DNA from: Catajapyx aquilonaris
Taxonomy: Eukaryota
Direction: 5' to 3'
DNA: 64,000 nucleotides
Assembly: GCA_000934665.2 (NCBI GenBank)
Contig: JYFJ02000727.1
Coordinates: forward strand, 1 to 64,000
Below are positions 51,301 to 64,000 of this stretch, piece by piece (the first letter of the stretch is position 1; every line of letters begins with the position of its first letter). Both the position numbers and the translations under genes were made by a program. The notes below the pieces were generated by a model that saw nothing but the letters and a program-made list of their open reading frames with translations, had not been told where the DNA came from and made no database searches.

Positions 51301-54300
51301 ATTCCGGTTTAAAAATACATATACCTCCATAATTACGGTGCCCGAGGCCTCCGCCTGCATCTCGTGTTTGAACACAGCCACTCTTTGTATATAATCCCCC
51401 ATCCGGCCCGCATTCATCAACATGGGTTTTATCCACTATTTTGGCAGTGCAACCCCCTCCCAAAACTGGCCTACAACCATATCTAGTGTTAGTGTGATGA
51501 AGCCCTCCATTTTTAGAATCCGCCTCGGCAAGATCTGCTCTATCATTGGTTCAATTTACAGCGCAGCATGTATGGGGGTTTCCAACGTTGATGACCCTAC
51601 ACGCTCCTATAATCATTTACCAAACTCCAGCAGAAGCCATATATACCCCTCCGAACACATCATGAACTATAGCGTGGGTGTAGAGTTTCATTTATTTACG
51701 GTCGTATAATGCTGCCGGTCGTGATCATTAAAAAAGTGGACGAAGCCGTTGGGGGCCCCAGTTTTCAAACCCGATTTCACATCACAATCTGACAACCGTC
51801 TTGGGCACCATTTATAGTCCAAAATGCCGCGGCCCCGTTTCTGAGTTGCACCGTGACAGAAATTCTCCGGTAAATGATTTTCCGGATGGACCACTTTTCA
51901 CACCTGGCACTGCGAAGAAGATATGTAGGCTGCGTAGGTTGACCCTGAGGTGGTTGTCTCGAGATGAGTGACAGGACATCAAGTTGTTGCAAAAGGCATA
52001 GTGATTACATTTCACAAAGAGCCTTCCAGACCATCCGGCCAAGCTGCAGCCATCATATAGCAGTTCTCCTTCCCATGGAGATATAGGCAAAAGGCCCCTG
52101 GTTGCGTGACCAGAAAACCGGGAAGAAAGAATCAATTGGAATGGTGACGAAAATTTCACGGAAACAAGGAGCTCTTTCCACAGGCTCAGCGCCGATGGAA
52201 ACAAGTATCTGCATGGGAAGAGCTGCTTGGTGGACCAAGGGAAGAAGGCAAGTAGGGCATCCCTAGAAAACTGCAACCAGGCGGCGATATTCGCTCATGA
52301 ACAACAAATGCATGTAAAGCAGGATATGTAATAATCCGCCATTCTAAATGATTTATTCAGCTTTATGTATACCCGTAGTAAATATTAGGATGTCCACAGT
52401 GCGAAGAGTATATTGGGGCACATTGGTGTCCCCACCCTAGGGCGTAGGCTATAAACTGCAGAAGGTGAGCCAGGATGACTGGCGCCTTGGCAAAGCCCAG
52501 CAGTGCAAACAATCAGCATGCGGAAATTCTCCAATTCCGGCCTGCCTCCTCCTCCCTCCGATGCTAGGTAAGTGACCCCGACCCACATTACCAGTCGATC
52601 ACCTCGCCCATCTCGGCATCAGTACGTGCCGCCTAGCTGCTGCTGCATGGCACCACGTTCACCATGCCATGACGACAGTCTGCTGCTCTCCATATCCATA
52701 CCGGTCCTGATCGGAGCATTACCCAACTCTCAAGACCTGCATATCTTCCTGCTTCGGACCAGGCGTGTCCCACGTTGCTCTTATTTCGCGAGCTGAGCAT
52801 TATCGTGTATTATTCACGCAGGTAGTCATGTCGAAACTCTGAGTCATCAATATTCTGGAAGCTTCTCGAGCTGAAAGGAATTCTTCCTCCTTTTGTTGGC
52901 AGCCCAGGGTCAGCTCTGAACTGGTTCCAGGTTGGTGGTGGAGGTGGTGGCTTGGTGTGAAGCTAAATCCCTTTCCTAAGGGAGGGTTAATCCGTTAATG
53001 ATTGTACTCCGGACTGCCACGGGTCTAAAGGCCGAAGACGTCCCTGCAGCCTGAAAATGCAATCAATCACTTCCCATAGGGTGGAGGGGGCGGAGGGGAG
53101 GGGGCCAAATCCGGAAATAGAGCATAGCTGGAAATAGAGACTCTAGCGAGGGTGGTTTCCAAATCCCCGTGGCCCGACTGCAGGAGGTGCATAATAAATT
53201 AGCATACACAATGTTCGAGTCAACTAGTCCAACCCACCGAGGCTTCTCTGCAGAACTATATTCGTCTCCATGCATAAGCACTGACCCGCACAAAGCCAAA
53301 GAGTTCAGGGACAACCTAGGGTAATCAAAATCCTTGTCTGTTGAACCAAAGGCTCTCAAAATCCGCGGTTTGCTTGAAACAATGGCGTGGGCTGCAAATA
53401 GCTCAACTAAGCTATAGACTTTCAAGGTGATCGTACTGTCCACGGATATTCACTTGTGTGATGAAGAGTGAAAGTTGCAGCTATGAGCGACCGCATGTTC
53501 GTGCAAAAAATGGCTATGAACAAGCCTCTCATTTGTTGGATAGGTTGCACTAAGCTTTCTAATGGTACTAGTACTACAAGAAAATTAATGCTTTTCTTTC
53601 TTCATACGATGTAGAGAGTTTGCTACAGTGTATATACTCGAGGTCTGTCAAGGACATGGCAGCTTACATTGATTAGACCGGTTTCATTGCGCAAAAATGA
53701 CTATTGAAGTGATTTGAGTCGATATTAATTTCGCATTTCCTACGGGGTCGGTTGTATGAAAACGTATGTATCCGTCATATAATCAGAGATTTTCTTGATA
53801 CAACCGGCTCACAGCCCCGAAAAATCACGCACGGGCGTGCGTGTTTACACATACGCCGTAATAACCGGGAGGTGTAGCATGTCCTTGTGCCATCCCGGAA
53901 CTCATCTATGCATCTGTCAACATATTATGCGCGTACCCTTCAAACCAACCGGGAAACAAAGAGCCTCAATAATGAAAATTGATCTAGTGGAAACGGGAAG
54001 GGAGTGAGTCGCACGATATTTTCCATATCGTTTCCGGCTCTTTTCAAACAGCTCTGCATAAAAATCCACCCTCTGGAAGGGGGGAACAGCTTGATATCAC
54101 GAATTCAACAGCCTTCAGAGCATATCCAAAATTTCCGTACCAAACGCCGCATAATGAAGCAGTATGAACACAGTGCAAATCCCTTCGAGGATAGGACCCT
54201 GAGAGCTCTGAGATGGGAGGGTTCCAAGCGAAGGGGAATGTGATGACCTCTCGCCACCCCATCCCATTCTCCGACCTCCTTTCCTCTGAACTCTGCACCG

Positions 54301-55318
54301 CCCGCGCCCGTACCATGGACTCCAGCAGTCACATAAAAACACTCGTGCGTCTTAAGTCACGGAAGGGGCCAAATTATTCAGATAATGACCGCGCGACATC
54401 AACGCGCCCAAATTATGCTCAAGTAAGGCAGGTTTGCTGGCGTCTACTAATCCTCCCTGGAGGTCATGGCGTCCCTGATGGCGACATGGCCTGTCCCAAA
54501 AGTATCCGGAAATGCATGGAAGGATACGTCGACCGCAAGTCCGGAAATACGGCCACTTCCGCATAGCCATATATGGTGGAGAGTATACATGTACTTGCAA
54601 GTGCGTCGCAGAATTGAAACCCGATGCTGGCAACAATTCATCATAAAAAAGGGCGCATGTGGTCATACGAGGAAAACCGCATTGCGTACATTACTCGCGT
54701 GCGTGCCAAGTGCTAGGCTCATTCAAACTACGCACTTTTCAGGTTCAGCGACATCCACCGGAAATAGTTTTTTAGCGATTTGATTAGGTTGTCAGCCTTT
54801 CTCTCTTGTTAATTCATCGCGACTAGTTTGGTGGTAGTGGGATGGAGCCTGCTCTTGCGAGTAACCTTAATTTCATTGACTTTCCGTCTGAGCCCAGCGC
54901 GCAATGAGTTCAAAAGAGTAGTATGATAGTCCCCCTGTCTCTTCACCTCTTCCCCTCTTCCCCTCCTTTCTTGACACTAATGATGGCGTGGACATGCATA
55001 ATTGCGGATGGTGCAGTCCAAAACCAAACCCTCTTTTTCCAACCCTGTTCCTGTCTTTCCCCACCAACCAGCTGCTTTTACCCCTTTCATTTTAACGTAC
55101 ATGATTTACCACCAGAAAAGAGGACAGTTTCTGGTCGCAGGGGACGTCGACAAGTGACGTAATGTGGGGGCTGCCAAGGACACATATTATGAGGATTTTG
55201 CGCATCGAATAAGGCGCTAATTACTACCCAAATAGGGGCCTCTCTGTGATTATGCAGTAACGTGACAAAAAATAATCACTGTTCCGGTATAGAGTCTATA
55301 ATAGCGACTACACCTTAC

Positions 55319-55341
55319 CTTCTTCCCCCATCGAGTTGCTC
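55319..55341 (-). CDS. Candidate upstream IPPK start exon (ATG at 55331)
   Basis: gtattcag|GAGCAACTCG ATG GGG GAA GAA G|gtaagg. The phase-1 end joins in frame to the acceptor at 48380, giving MGEEDARVERVSWYYLKRLQAFIEDM... Confidence 0.4.
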
Positions 55342-58300
55342 CTGAATACAAGAAACTACACCCCCACACACATCCTCATACTAATCTCTCCGGATGTAAG
55401 TTAAGAACAGGAAATATAGTATTTAAAATCGCCGAAACTAACTCCCCGACTTTTCCTGCTCTGACGTCATTATTTTAGCCTGCCTGCAAGAAAATAATGG
55501 CTACGAAAATTATAGCAGGATCGTCTTATAGGTGCGGCACATAAGTATAGTACTGTAACAGTTCACCTTGACCTTGATTACAAGCAAACACCTAGCTCCA
55601 CCCAACCGTAGCCCTTTTTGTGTAAAGGAGGAAAATGAGTTATCCCGTGTGTGTGTGTTTTTTTTCCACGGTTGGAAAAAGTCATCTCGATCACCTCTAA
55701 TGTCCTCTAGTTACGAAATCGCGGGAAACGCAATTATGGGGTGTTGTTTACGTGAGACTGCTTTAGTAACAGCATCACCTGAGCTGAAAAATTCTCATCT
55801 CTGTACACGCATACGGTTTGGAAAGATGCGCGCAATAATTGAAGGGCTGGTTAGAATTGCGTACATGGAACGTTCAGAAGTGACGCAAAACATGTAGTTT
55901 TCACTTGGGTTGTGACCTGCGGAGAACGGATAAACAGAGCACGGGGTAAGAGGAGTCTAGTTAAATACAGGCGCTGCTCATTGTTCCCTCGTCCCCCTTT
56001 TACATAATCTGGTTCTAGGGATTCCCACACACGCCTTATTTCAAGGTGCATGAGTCTCGGAGATGCCCAACAATGACTGCCCAACTGGTATCTTTGCTGA
56101 CCCTCCTGCACCTAACGACCCGACCATTGTTCGGTACTGACCATTCAGTAAATCAGGGGTTGACCCAAAAGAGGACTTGCTCCCCTCCTGCTGCGTACAC
56201 CCCCTGCTCGCAAGGTGTCCTGGAAGATGCCTGATGCATGACATTGCTACTATTTTAGGGGACTCTAAAATTTCCAGGTGTAGCTACTGGATAGAGAGAG
56301 AGCGTGGAGTGCCAATCTGGCTTATTTACATAATAAGAGGGGATGCCCAATTAAGCGGTACCTTCGGTCAACATTAACTTTGCAAAGAGCTGCGTGAGGG
56401 TGACTCTCTGTGATATGTGCTGAAAGGCCTGACCTGTAATGGAAGCTGACGAGAATACTATTATGCCAAAAACTGTAGAAGTACTGGATGAAACTAAAAC
56501 GCTCCTGGGAATTTGCAGAGTTAAATGATATACAGTACCGGGTTTTTGCATAATTTCATCAATAGCAAAAAAGATAGCGAGTCATATAGCAGCCAAATTA
56601 AAAAGAACTCCATACTGTACATCACAAACAAACAAAAATAATATATGCCCTTCAGTTGACATACCGTACATATGCTCTTATTTATTTACTTCCAACTCGT
56701 GCTGTCATCAGCAAACACAATGACAACATTACAGTAAAGTAAACACGGAAGCTTGAATGTAAACTTCGCGCACAGTATAGACCTATATGCTGCGGTTGAT
56801 ATTCTCACACACTATATGCGTACCCTATATAGCTACGACCTGGATTTTGATAACATTATTTTGTATATTTCTGGAGCGTGTGACGCAAGGCACAAAGCTA
56901 TATTTTTAAAAAGCACGTGTGATGATCCGAAAATTCCAAGCTGTCAATGGCACATTACGTTATGTAACACCTTTAACCTTTTGCGACAGTTTGGTTCCCT
57001 CTGCATTTGCTGATTTTCCCGAACACAATTTCTAGTTTCTGGCCCATGCACCTGATGCCCTTCAATGACGCGGAAGGAATCGTTTTAAGGGGAAATTTTC
57101 TCAAAATAAGTCTTGTGTTCTCCGAATTTTACTGCATTTTTTGCTCATACAAAATATTAGAGCCTGCAAACGCCATTTGAAAATTAATGGGCTCGATGCA
57201 AATAAACCCCGCGGCATATCTGCGACAATCATCGGGCAACAGTCCTGTTTAATTCAGCACAAAATCCCCGATTCCGGTTTTCCCGGAGGCCGCAAAACTC
57301 TGTGATCCCATAACATTTCATTAGGCCGACATCGCCATGTGCGTCTAGTTCCCTAAAATGGAGAGATTGCTTAAAACGGTCCAGCCAAGAGCTTGGCGCT
57401 AACTGCAAATCTAGGCGGCAATGCTCTCCAAGTAGCCTACTCTAAATGCCATTTGTGCTCAAATTGCAAGTGAGCGTCCCCCTCTGGCCAAAAAAAGGGA
57501 CGAGACAAACTCCAGGGTTTTCGGTAAGCGAATTTCCAGGACTACATTTCCTCCAGACCATGTACTCTGGAGTGTAACGAGGTTTTGTCCCCCACCCTAC
57601 GAGCCATGGGGAAAAAATAGCTAGATGGATTCAGATTGGTTGCGAGAGAAAATTGCGCCTGGAGCCGATTTTTTCGCCCTGAAATGGCCGAAAAGTTCAT
57701 GCACGTGGAGAACTCTGCTGGCCCAACCTGAAAGAAGTCATGCTCCGTGGCCGAACAGACACGGCGCATTGTTTCGCAAAACAAACAATGGGAAGGGGTC
57801 AGGGACGAACACTGAAGATGTTCCGACCCATTGTCAGTCGCAAGCCTGGCCTTTTCCGCCATGGGCGAACAACATGGACGCCACTATCTGATAAGTGCAG
57901 ACTGAGCACAACATTGCATCAGATTTATAGCTCCGATGATAAACTATTATCTGGAATCTGTATCGTCGCTTCCGGCGTAATAGCTTCAAAACAAAGCCGT
58001 ATATGGCGAAAGCATACGCGTTTACACTTGCACGATTAGCTATGTATAGTTACTGAAATTACTCTTATCAGTGTTGGTACAGTTGGTGCAGTTAAATATT
58101 TTCAGTGTATGCAAAGGAAAGGCAGATTTTCATATCTTTGACGCCTATACGTCATGCTGCTGTTCTGTGCCCACTAAACAAGAATAGTCTGACCCGCCTC
58201 ATATAAAGCATCCCACAGACCTTATTTCACCGGTGACTGGTGCGGATTTCTGGGTACGACGCGACGGCACGTGCAAAATATCGGGGTTGCCATAATTACA

Positions 58301-60063
58301 GAACACCCCCTCCTGCAATAATTACAGCGCAGTGCTCCAAGAGTCTGGGCATTACATCCTAGCCCCCCCTCAGAAAGTCAAGAACGTCCAAAGTTCCCGT
58401 AATTATCACCACAATAACAATCCGAGATGAAGGGCACTTGGAAAGTTTCCGCCCCAGCAAATTTGATTTAGAGCGCACCCTTCTAATTCTGCCTGGAGTC
58501 TCTATTTCCAGGAGAAAAGAGTGCTTGACGTTCGCCGCAGAAATTTGCTGAAGCAGGACAAACACCATTTTGCATTGCCTTGGACCAATTTAACCTCACT
58601 GATTTCTACCCCACCAATCCCACCAACCCCCTTCCAACCAACCCCCCTCAGGAGTTACTGCTGCGGTTACCATGGATACGGGACAATTTTCTCTGCATCC
58701 CCACAAGCGCCCGCTGCCAATGACGACGGTTTTATACCCTCGGCAAGCACCGTCATTAGTCCCTTATATACCCCGTGCGTACATTATAATTGCGCCTTCT
58801 ACGTATAGCGACTGGACGGGTCAAGGTGACCGATACCGTTTGACCGACCGCCAATTCTGATAGCCGAGTGAGAAATCGCGTCTATATACGTACAGCCCCG
58901 GCCCGGTTTGTGATAGACAAGGCCAGCACTTATTGATACCCAGGTATATATTCTAGGGTACCGCTTTTAGAAAGAGGCATCACATCAAAAGTTGAACCCT
59001 GTAATGTAACGGATCGCTGAAATGCGAGCGGAGTATAACTTATCGACGTTACCACATCCAATATGATGCAGGCATCGTTGGAGGGGCCAGAGTTAATTAT
59101 GTGCCGCATTGTGCTCTCTCAGGAAAAGATATGAGGCTATACCAGCAAAAGAGGGGGAGGATGCAATGACATCCAGTTTTCAATTTCGACTTTTTTGGCC
59201 GTAAAAATGGAGGGGGCGCAGTCGTACTATAAACTGGTAATGACATCGCATTTATTTCCAGGGCCGAATGAGCAGGGACGGTATGATGGATCAAGTCGCT
59301 CAGCTACAACTGACACTGTTTCCGGGGCCAGGCCATTGTTATACTGAACTTCCTGTGGTGTCGTTCTAATGTATAGGCAGGATGAGAAAGTGGCTGGTTT
59401 GGATCGCCAATCATCCTCGGATGGATGCAAATGATTGCATTCTTTTACGCGGAGAGGATAAGGATCAGGGATTCGCGGAGAAAGCACAGGGAAATAATGA
59501 AAACAAAATAAGTCCAGGTTGGCATAGCATGTTTCAAGGTGGGGGTGGGGGGGGAAGATGAGAGAAGAAAATCACCATATGCGTAAAGGTTGCGGGGTCG
59601 GTTTCTTCTGCCAAAAGGCCACATGTTCGGATGACGTCAGTATAAGACGTCCTCTCGCTGTTTTTCCAAGCAGGAAGTGTTTACGTGCATGGAAACAACA
59701 ACTGCATTTAAAAAGCATTTTCATATTCTTAGCACAGAAATCATCCGCTCATTACGAGGAGGTTTATACCTGTATTACGAACGTCATACCAATAAACTGC
59801 TACTGTGCGCCGCACTCTGCATGACATCCTGATGAATGTGTGTAACAAAAAATAGGGAGACTTGCCTTTTATTATTATTACTATTATTGTTGAAAGCATA
59901 CGACAAAGGCAAAGAGGACAAGCGTATGAAAGAGGACAAAATTTATCTCAATTTTGCCACATGTAAAATTTTGCTGAAAGTGGTCCTTTTCTAAATTAAA
60001 CATATTACAAACATTATCAGGCCAACACCGTATACGCTCTGAGTTATGAAAGGGCAAAGGTCA

Positions 60064-60064
<1 letters not shown>

Positions 60065-60116
<52 letters not shown>
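60065..60116. repeat. (ACT)17 microsatellite
   Basis: Perfect trinucleotide repeat, seen directly. Confidence 0.98.
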
Positions 60117-63100
60117 GAAACTCTCTCATATCATACTGTCACGTGGCAACAGCGCATTTCAAGGCCAGGCAGGTGAGTCGAGCAAACATTATTTTAGGTG
60201 AAGTAAATATTCGAGAAGGATTTAAAGGCCCCTTTCCTGCACCTGTCGGCAGAAAGATACGCTTCTAGCAGACAATGTTGAAAAAATAAAGACTCCGCTT
60301 TCCCTCTCGACGTCAGCCATTACGGCACACACAGAGGCATATACACTTGGCAAATTGCAACCCCGATCTTCATCTCGTGGGGAAGAAAAGTAATAATGCA
60401 CCGTATCATAAAGTCATCGCTACAGCATGTAGCACAATGCAATTGAAAACAGCAAGAACATTTCTTCACGCGTATTCACTCGTTTACGTATTTTATTGCG
60501 ATATACCGGCAGTCAATTACTTTTTCCAAGCAGGAAACAGCTTTGAATATATATGGCTGGCAAACACACCATTCAGTGACAGTGCAAGTCACGGCAAATA
60601 TTTGTTTTCATCCGCCTTTAGCTAGTTTATAGGCCTCTAAAACCCTCCCAGCAGACTTGTTCTTAGAAGTGACGTGTAAAAACTACAATCAAACCATCCC
60701 CTTCTCCTGCAGCAGCAACAACAGCAGCCTACCCTCTCCAATCATTCGGCTTGTGACCCTATCTAGATGCTAATCCCATGAGCAAGCAACAGTCGACCGA
60801 GGCTGAGAAGTCAGAAATCTGCAATACAAACAAGTGTTCGGGTGCAGCAATAAAGCTGTCGTACTGCGCCACCGGAGGCGCCGCCACGAAACAATATCTC
60901 TCAAACCAGCAAGCCTGGCTCCAACTGCTTGCCTTGATTTAACACACCTGGATCAAGTTAATCACGCTATCTGTCACAAACTCCCGGTAGGTAATTTTCT
61001 GCCTTCGTACCGGCAACTCGGACATGCTACGTCTACCAGGAGCCCGTGATGGAAAACTATGTTTCCTGACGTTTACAATCCCGGGTACAAAAATATGGCG
61101 ATGCCGTTGAGGCGATACCATCGATACATTTCTGGTTCGCCCGGACTCGCTATAATTCGTGCAATAAACTTTTTGACAAACCTGGTACTTGTCTGAAAGG
61201 CGTTCTCGCGGGATACTAAACCCTGGAGTGACAATAATTGGAAACCGATTCACCGGGTCTTGGACTGGGTGAAATGTCGGGTCAACTTTCACTTCGGGGC
61301 AGCATGAAGCTGGTCGGCACCGATACTACAGGTCTTTCTGCGAACCATAAAGCTACCCCACCTGCTTTACATCGATGATCAGCCTTCTTTTAGCACCACA
61401 GTCGAAGTTCTCGAAAGGTCGCTATAGAGAAATGCGAAAATCAAGGTTTAGTGGCAATAAATGAGGAATTTATAATTACAGGTTCTTCGACAATGTAGTC
61501 AATATTTGCGTGCCAGGAAGTGACCAGCAGGTAGATGGAATGCGCAAAATCAGCCTTCTCTCATTTCCCGCGATTGCAGACATTCTAAATATTTGTGGAC
61601 GTGTGCACGGTTTATAGGATTATGCAGCAATCGAAACTTTCTAGAACGTATGCTGTCCTGCTCTATACTGCTTGCCTGTTGCTGACATTAGTACCTGTAA
61701 TAACTGTGTCGACAAACGGTGGTCTTCTGACTCTGGCTACATCTGAGTTGCTGGAAATTCCCATGAAAATCGGATGAAAATGTGAACATGAGAATCAGCA
61801 ACTAATACGATGTAATGACACATTATATCAACTGGTCTTCATGATGCATGTTTCACATTTTGCAACCAAAAATATATGGTGAGTAACAAGACGCTCGTTC
61901 TTTGTGATGGCATCCACCTGCCCTCCCGGCAGACCCTGTACAGTACATTATTATGCAAAAAGGAGACACCGACAATATTGATCACATAAGACATTGGGTT
62001 ACGTGAGTGAGAGAGATCGTTAGAGTGATATACTCTGAGAATAAGGGAATTCCCAGGTGGTTGTAGTCTACAGTATAATTAAGTAGCCTGCTGAAACTGT
62101 ACAGTACCTACATCAGATTCTAATACGGACAATAATTACTAAAAGGCAGGTTTGATTAATTAAATTTTTAAATGGCATACTCCAGACGGAAATTTAGGTC
62201 GAGTTGATTTGAGACTTTGATTAGATTCCATGAAGAATTGAAGCGCTTGCAAAGTAGACTCTCAACTGAATAGTACATGAATGCAAGATTTCTGTAGCTA
62301 AACTTTGCTGAATTGTTGACCAAAAAAATCATGATTATAAGTTCACTCTAATGTGAACTCAAATAAGAACTTCGTTCTCAGAAAAAAAATGAGAATAATT
62401 TTATATCGTGCACAATTTTTTCTTTGCAGGAGAGTATCCAAGTAACTGAGGTATGTTCCTCATGATCTTGGCTAATCTATACCTCAGGCCACCCATCAAA
62501 AACTTCAACAACATTTTAGTGGAAGTTCGATAACCCATAGGCTACATTACACGGAGGTGCAGAGTCGAACCCTTGGTCGAACATACAAGTACTATCTTCA
62601 GTGAGGGGCACTGCTGCTGCATTAAGGGAGGGAATCGCGCATCGGATTGATTGGCCATGAGTTCCTTGACGACTGCATCTCAAGGATGAACGATGTTGCT
62701 AGGGACAAAAGCTATAGAGGGCATTTTTCCATCCAAACCAACCACAGCTCCTACAACTGTTTTGGAAACCGCGTTTCGACCTATTGCTAGAACCTATGCG
62801 TACAGCCCGCACTGACATGACGTGCATCCCACAAAACCCAATGTAGTATCCGGCTCAGGGAATCGATCAGTATAGTGTGTCGCACGAGCAGACCATCCAT
62901 GGCACGCAATACGTAACTCATACCATTCTGGGAAGGGACGCAGTCGGACAACACAATTCGTCAATGCCAACTCCGGCGCCAATCGCCCTGATCTTCGTCC
63001 CAATGTATTGCCAATCACTCCCGTGCCACTTGCAGAAGACAGGGTTGCGATATAGGAAGTGGACTGTTATTTTTATCCCAGACCAACCACGAAGGTACAA

Positions 63101-64000
63101 GACGCCATCGACAAGCCCACCTTCAAAATGCTCCATCAGCAAGCAGGGAGGATGCACACCTTGCACGTCTTCTATCCACCACCTTTTCTTACCATTTTTT
63201 TTCCTTCTCTTTCTTATACCTACCCCCTATAAAACCCGCGTCACACGTACCTCATTGTATGACTTGTTACGGATCAGCTCGGTCGAGATTCTCATGCACC
63301 CTCACGTCCGGTTGGCGCATTGTTCGGTACACGGCAGCACATTACGCCGCATTACACGGGTACAAAGGGCGGGTCCATTAATACGTTTGCTGTTATCAGA
63401 GACTGATTGTCTTCCCAGATGAGCCTGCGGAGAACCGCCCAGGCGCTTTCCAGAAACCGTGCCAAACACCCATTTCGAAATGAGAGAAAGTTTCCGGGAA
63501 TACACCGAGGCTCGGCTCCATCTTCGCAGCATTATATTCCCCCAAGGGAAGTACTCATCATTCACCAACCGGTTCCAATTCACAATTACACGTTGGTTAT
63601 AAGGTGATAGACCCGCCGAGGCTACACAGCATCCTACACACACTGCCTTGCTACCTACACTTTTTGTTATTTTTCCCAGGAGCGTTTTACACGCTGCCAC
63701 TAATAAACTCTCTGGTCTACTTTCTACTTTGCTGCTCTCAAAGATTACTTAACGATTGGGCGCGCTTCGGACTTTTACAACGTTCACTTTGTCCCAACCT
63801 TGACTATTATCCTCATACGGTGCATTCACCTCCACCGAATCCCGTCCGGCACTACGTTAATTACCATGACCCGATTGACGAAGTAATAATGTACGGTACC
63901 GGCAAACTAAACCTGCGCTGGAGTTATGGTCGCAAGTGCAGCAAAACACAACCGGTGGCGTTTCCGGGAACAATGACACCCAAACAAGGTGCGGAAAACA

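Noticed and set aside
62552..62576. B-box-like GGTTCGACTC on the minus strand
   Set aside because: No A box or cloverleaf at the correct spacing.
62877..63700. 181-aa and 132-aa ORFs at the right end
   Set aside because: No domain similarity and no consistent splice chain.

Overview
Eukaryotic (most likely invertebrate animal) genomic DNA, so most entries in the ORF track are spurious. The main feature is a minus-strand inositol-pentakisphosphate 2-kinase gene (IPPK/Ipk1), which I assembled by hand from 10 coding exons between 48318 and 4640. All nine introns are GT-AG and phase-consistent, giving 1545 nt of CDS and 514 aa. A candidate upstream start exon at 55319-55341 would add 25 aa. Three IPPK introns are 10-14 kb long, CpG-rich and contain no recognisable coding sequence. 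The left 5.5 kb is compact and CpG-poor. It holds a Helitron-like 3' end, a possible bidirectional E2F/CHR promoter, an unidentified Cys-rich multi-exon gene candidate on the plus strand converging on IPPK, and a near-perfect 110-bp foldback. I found no tRNA, rRNA, CRISPR array or intact transposon ORF, and no firm evidence of a new biological system. The findings are leads only.
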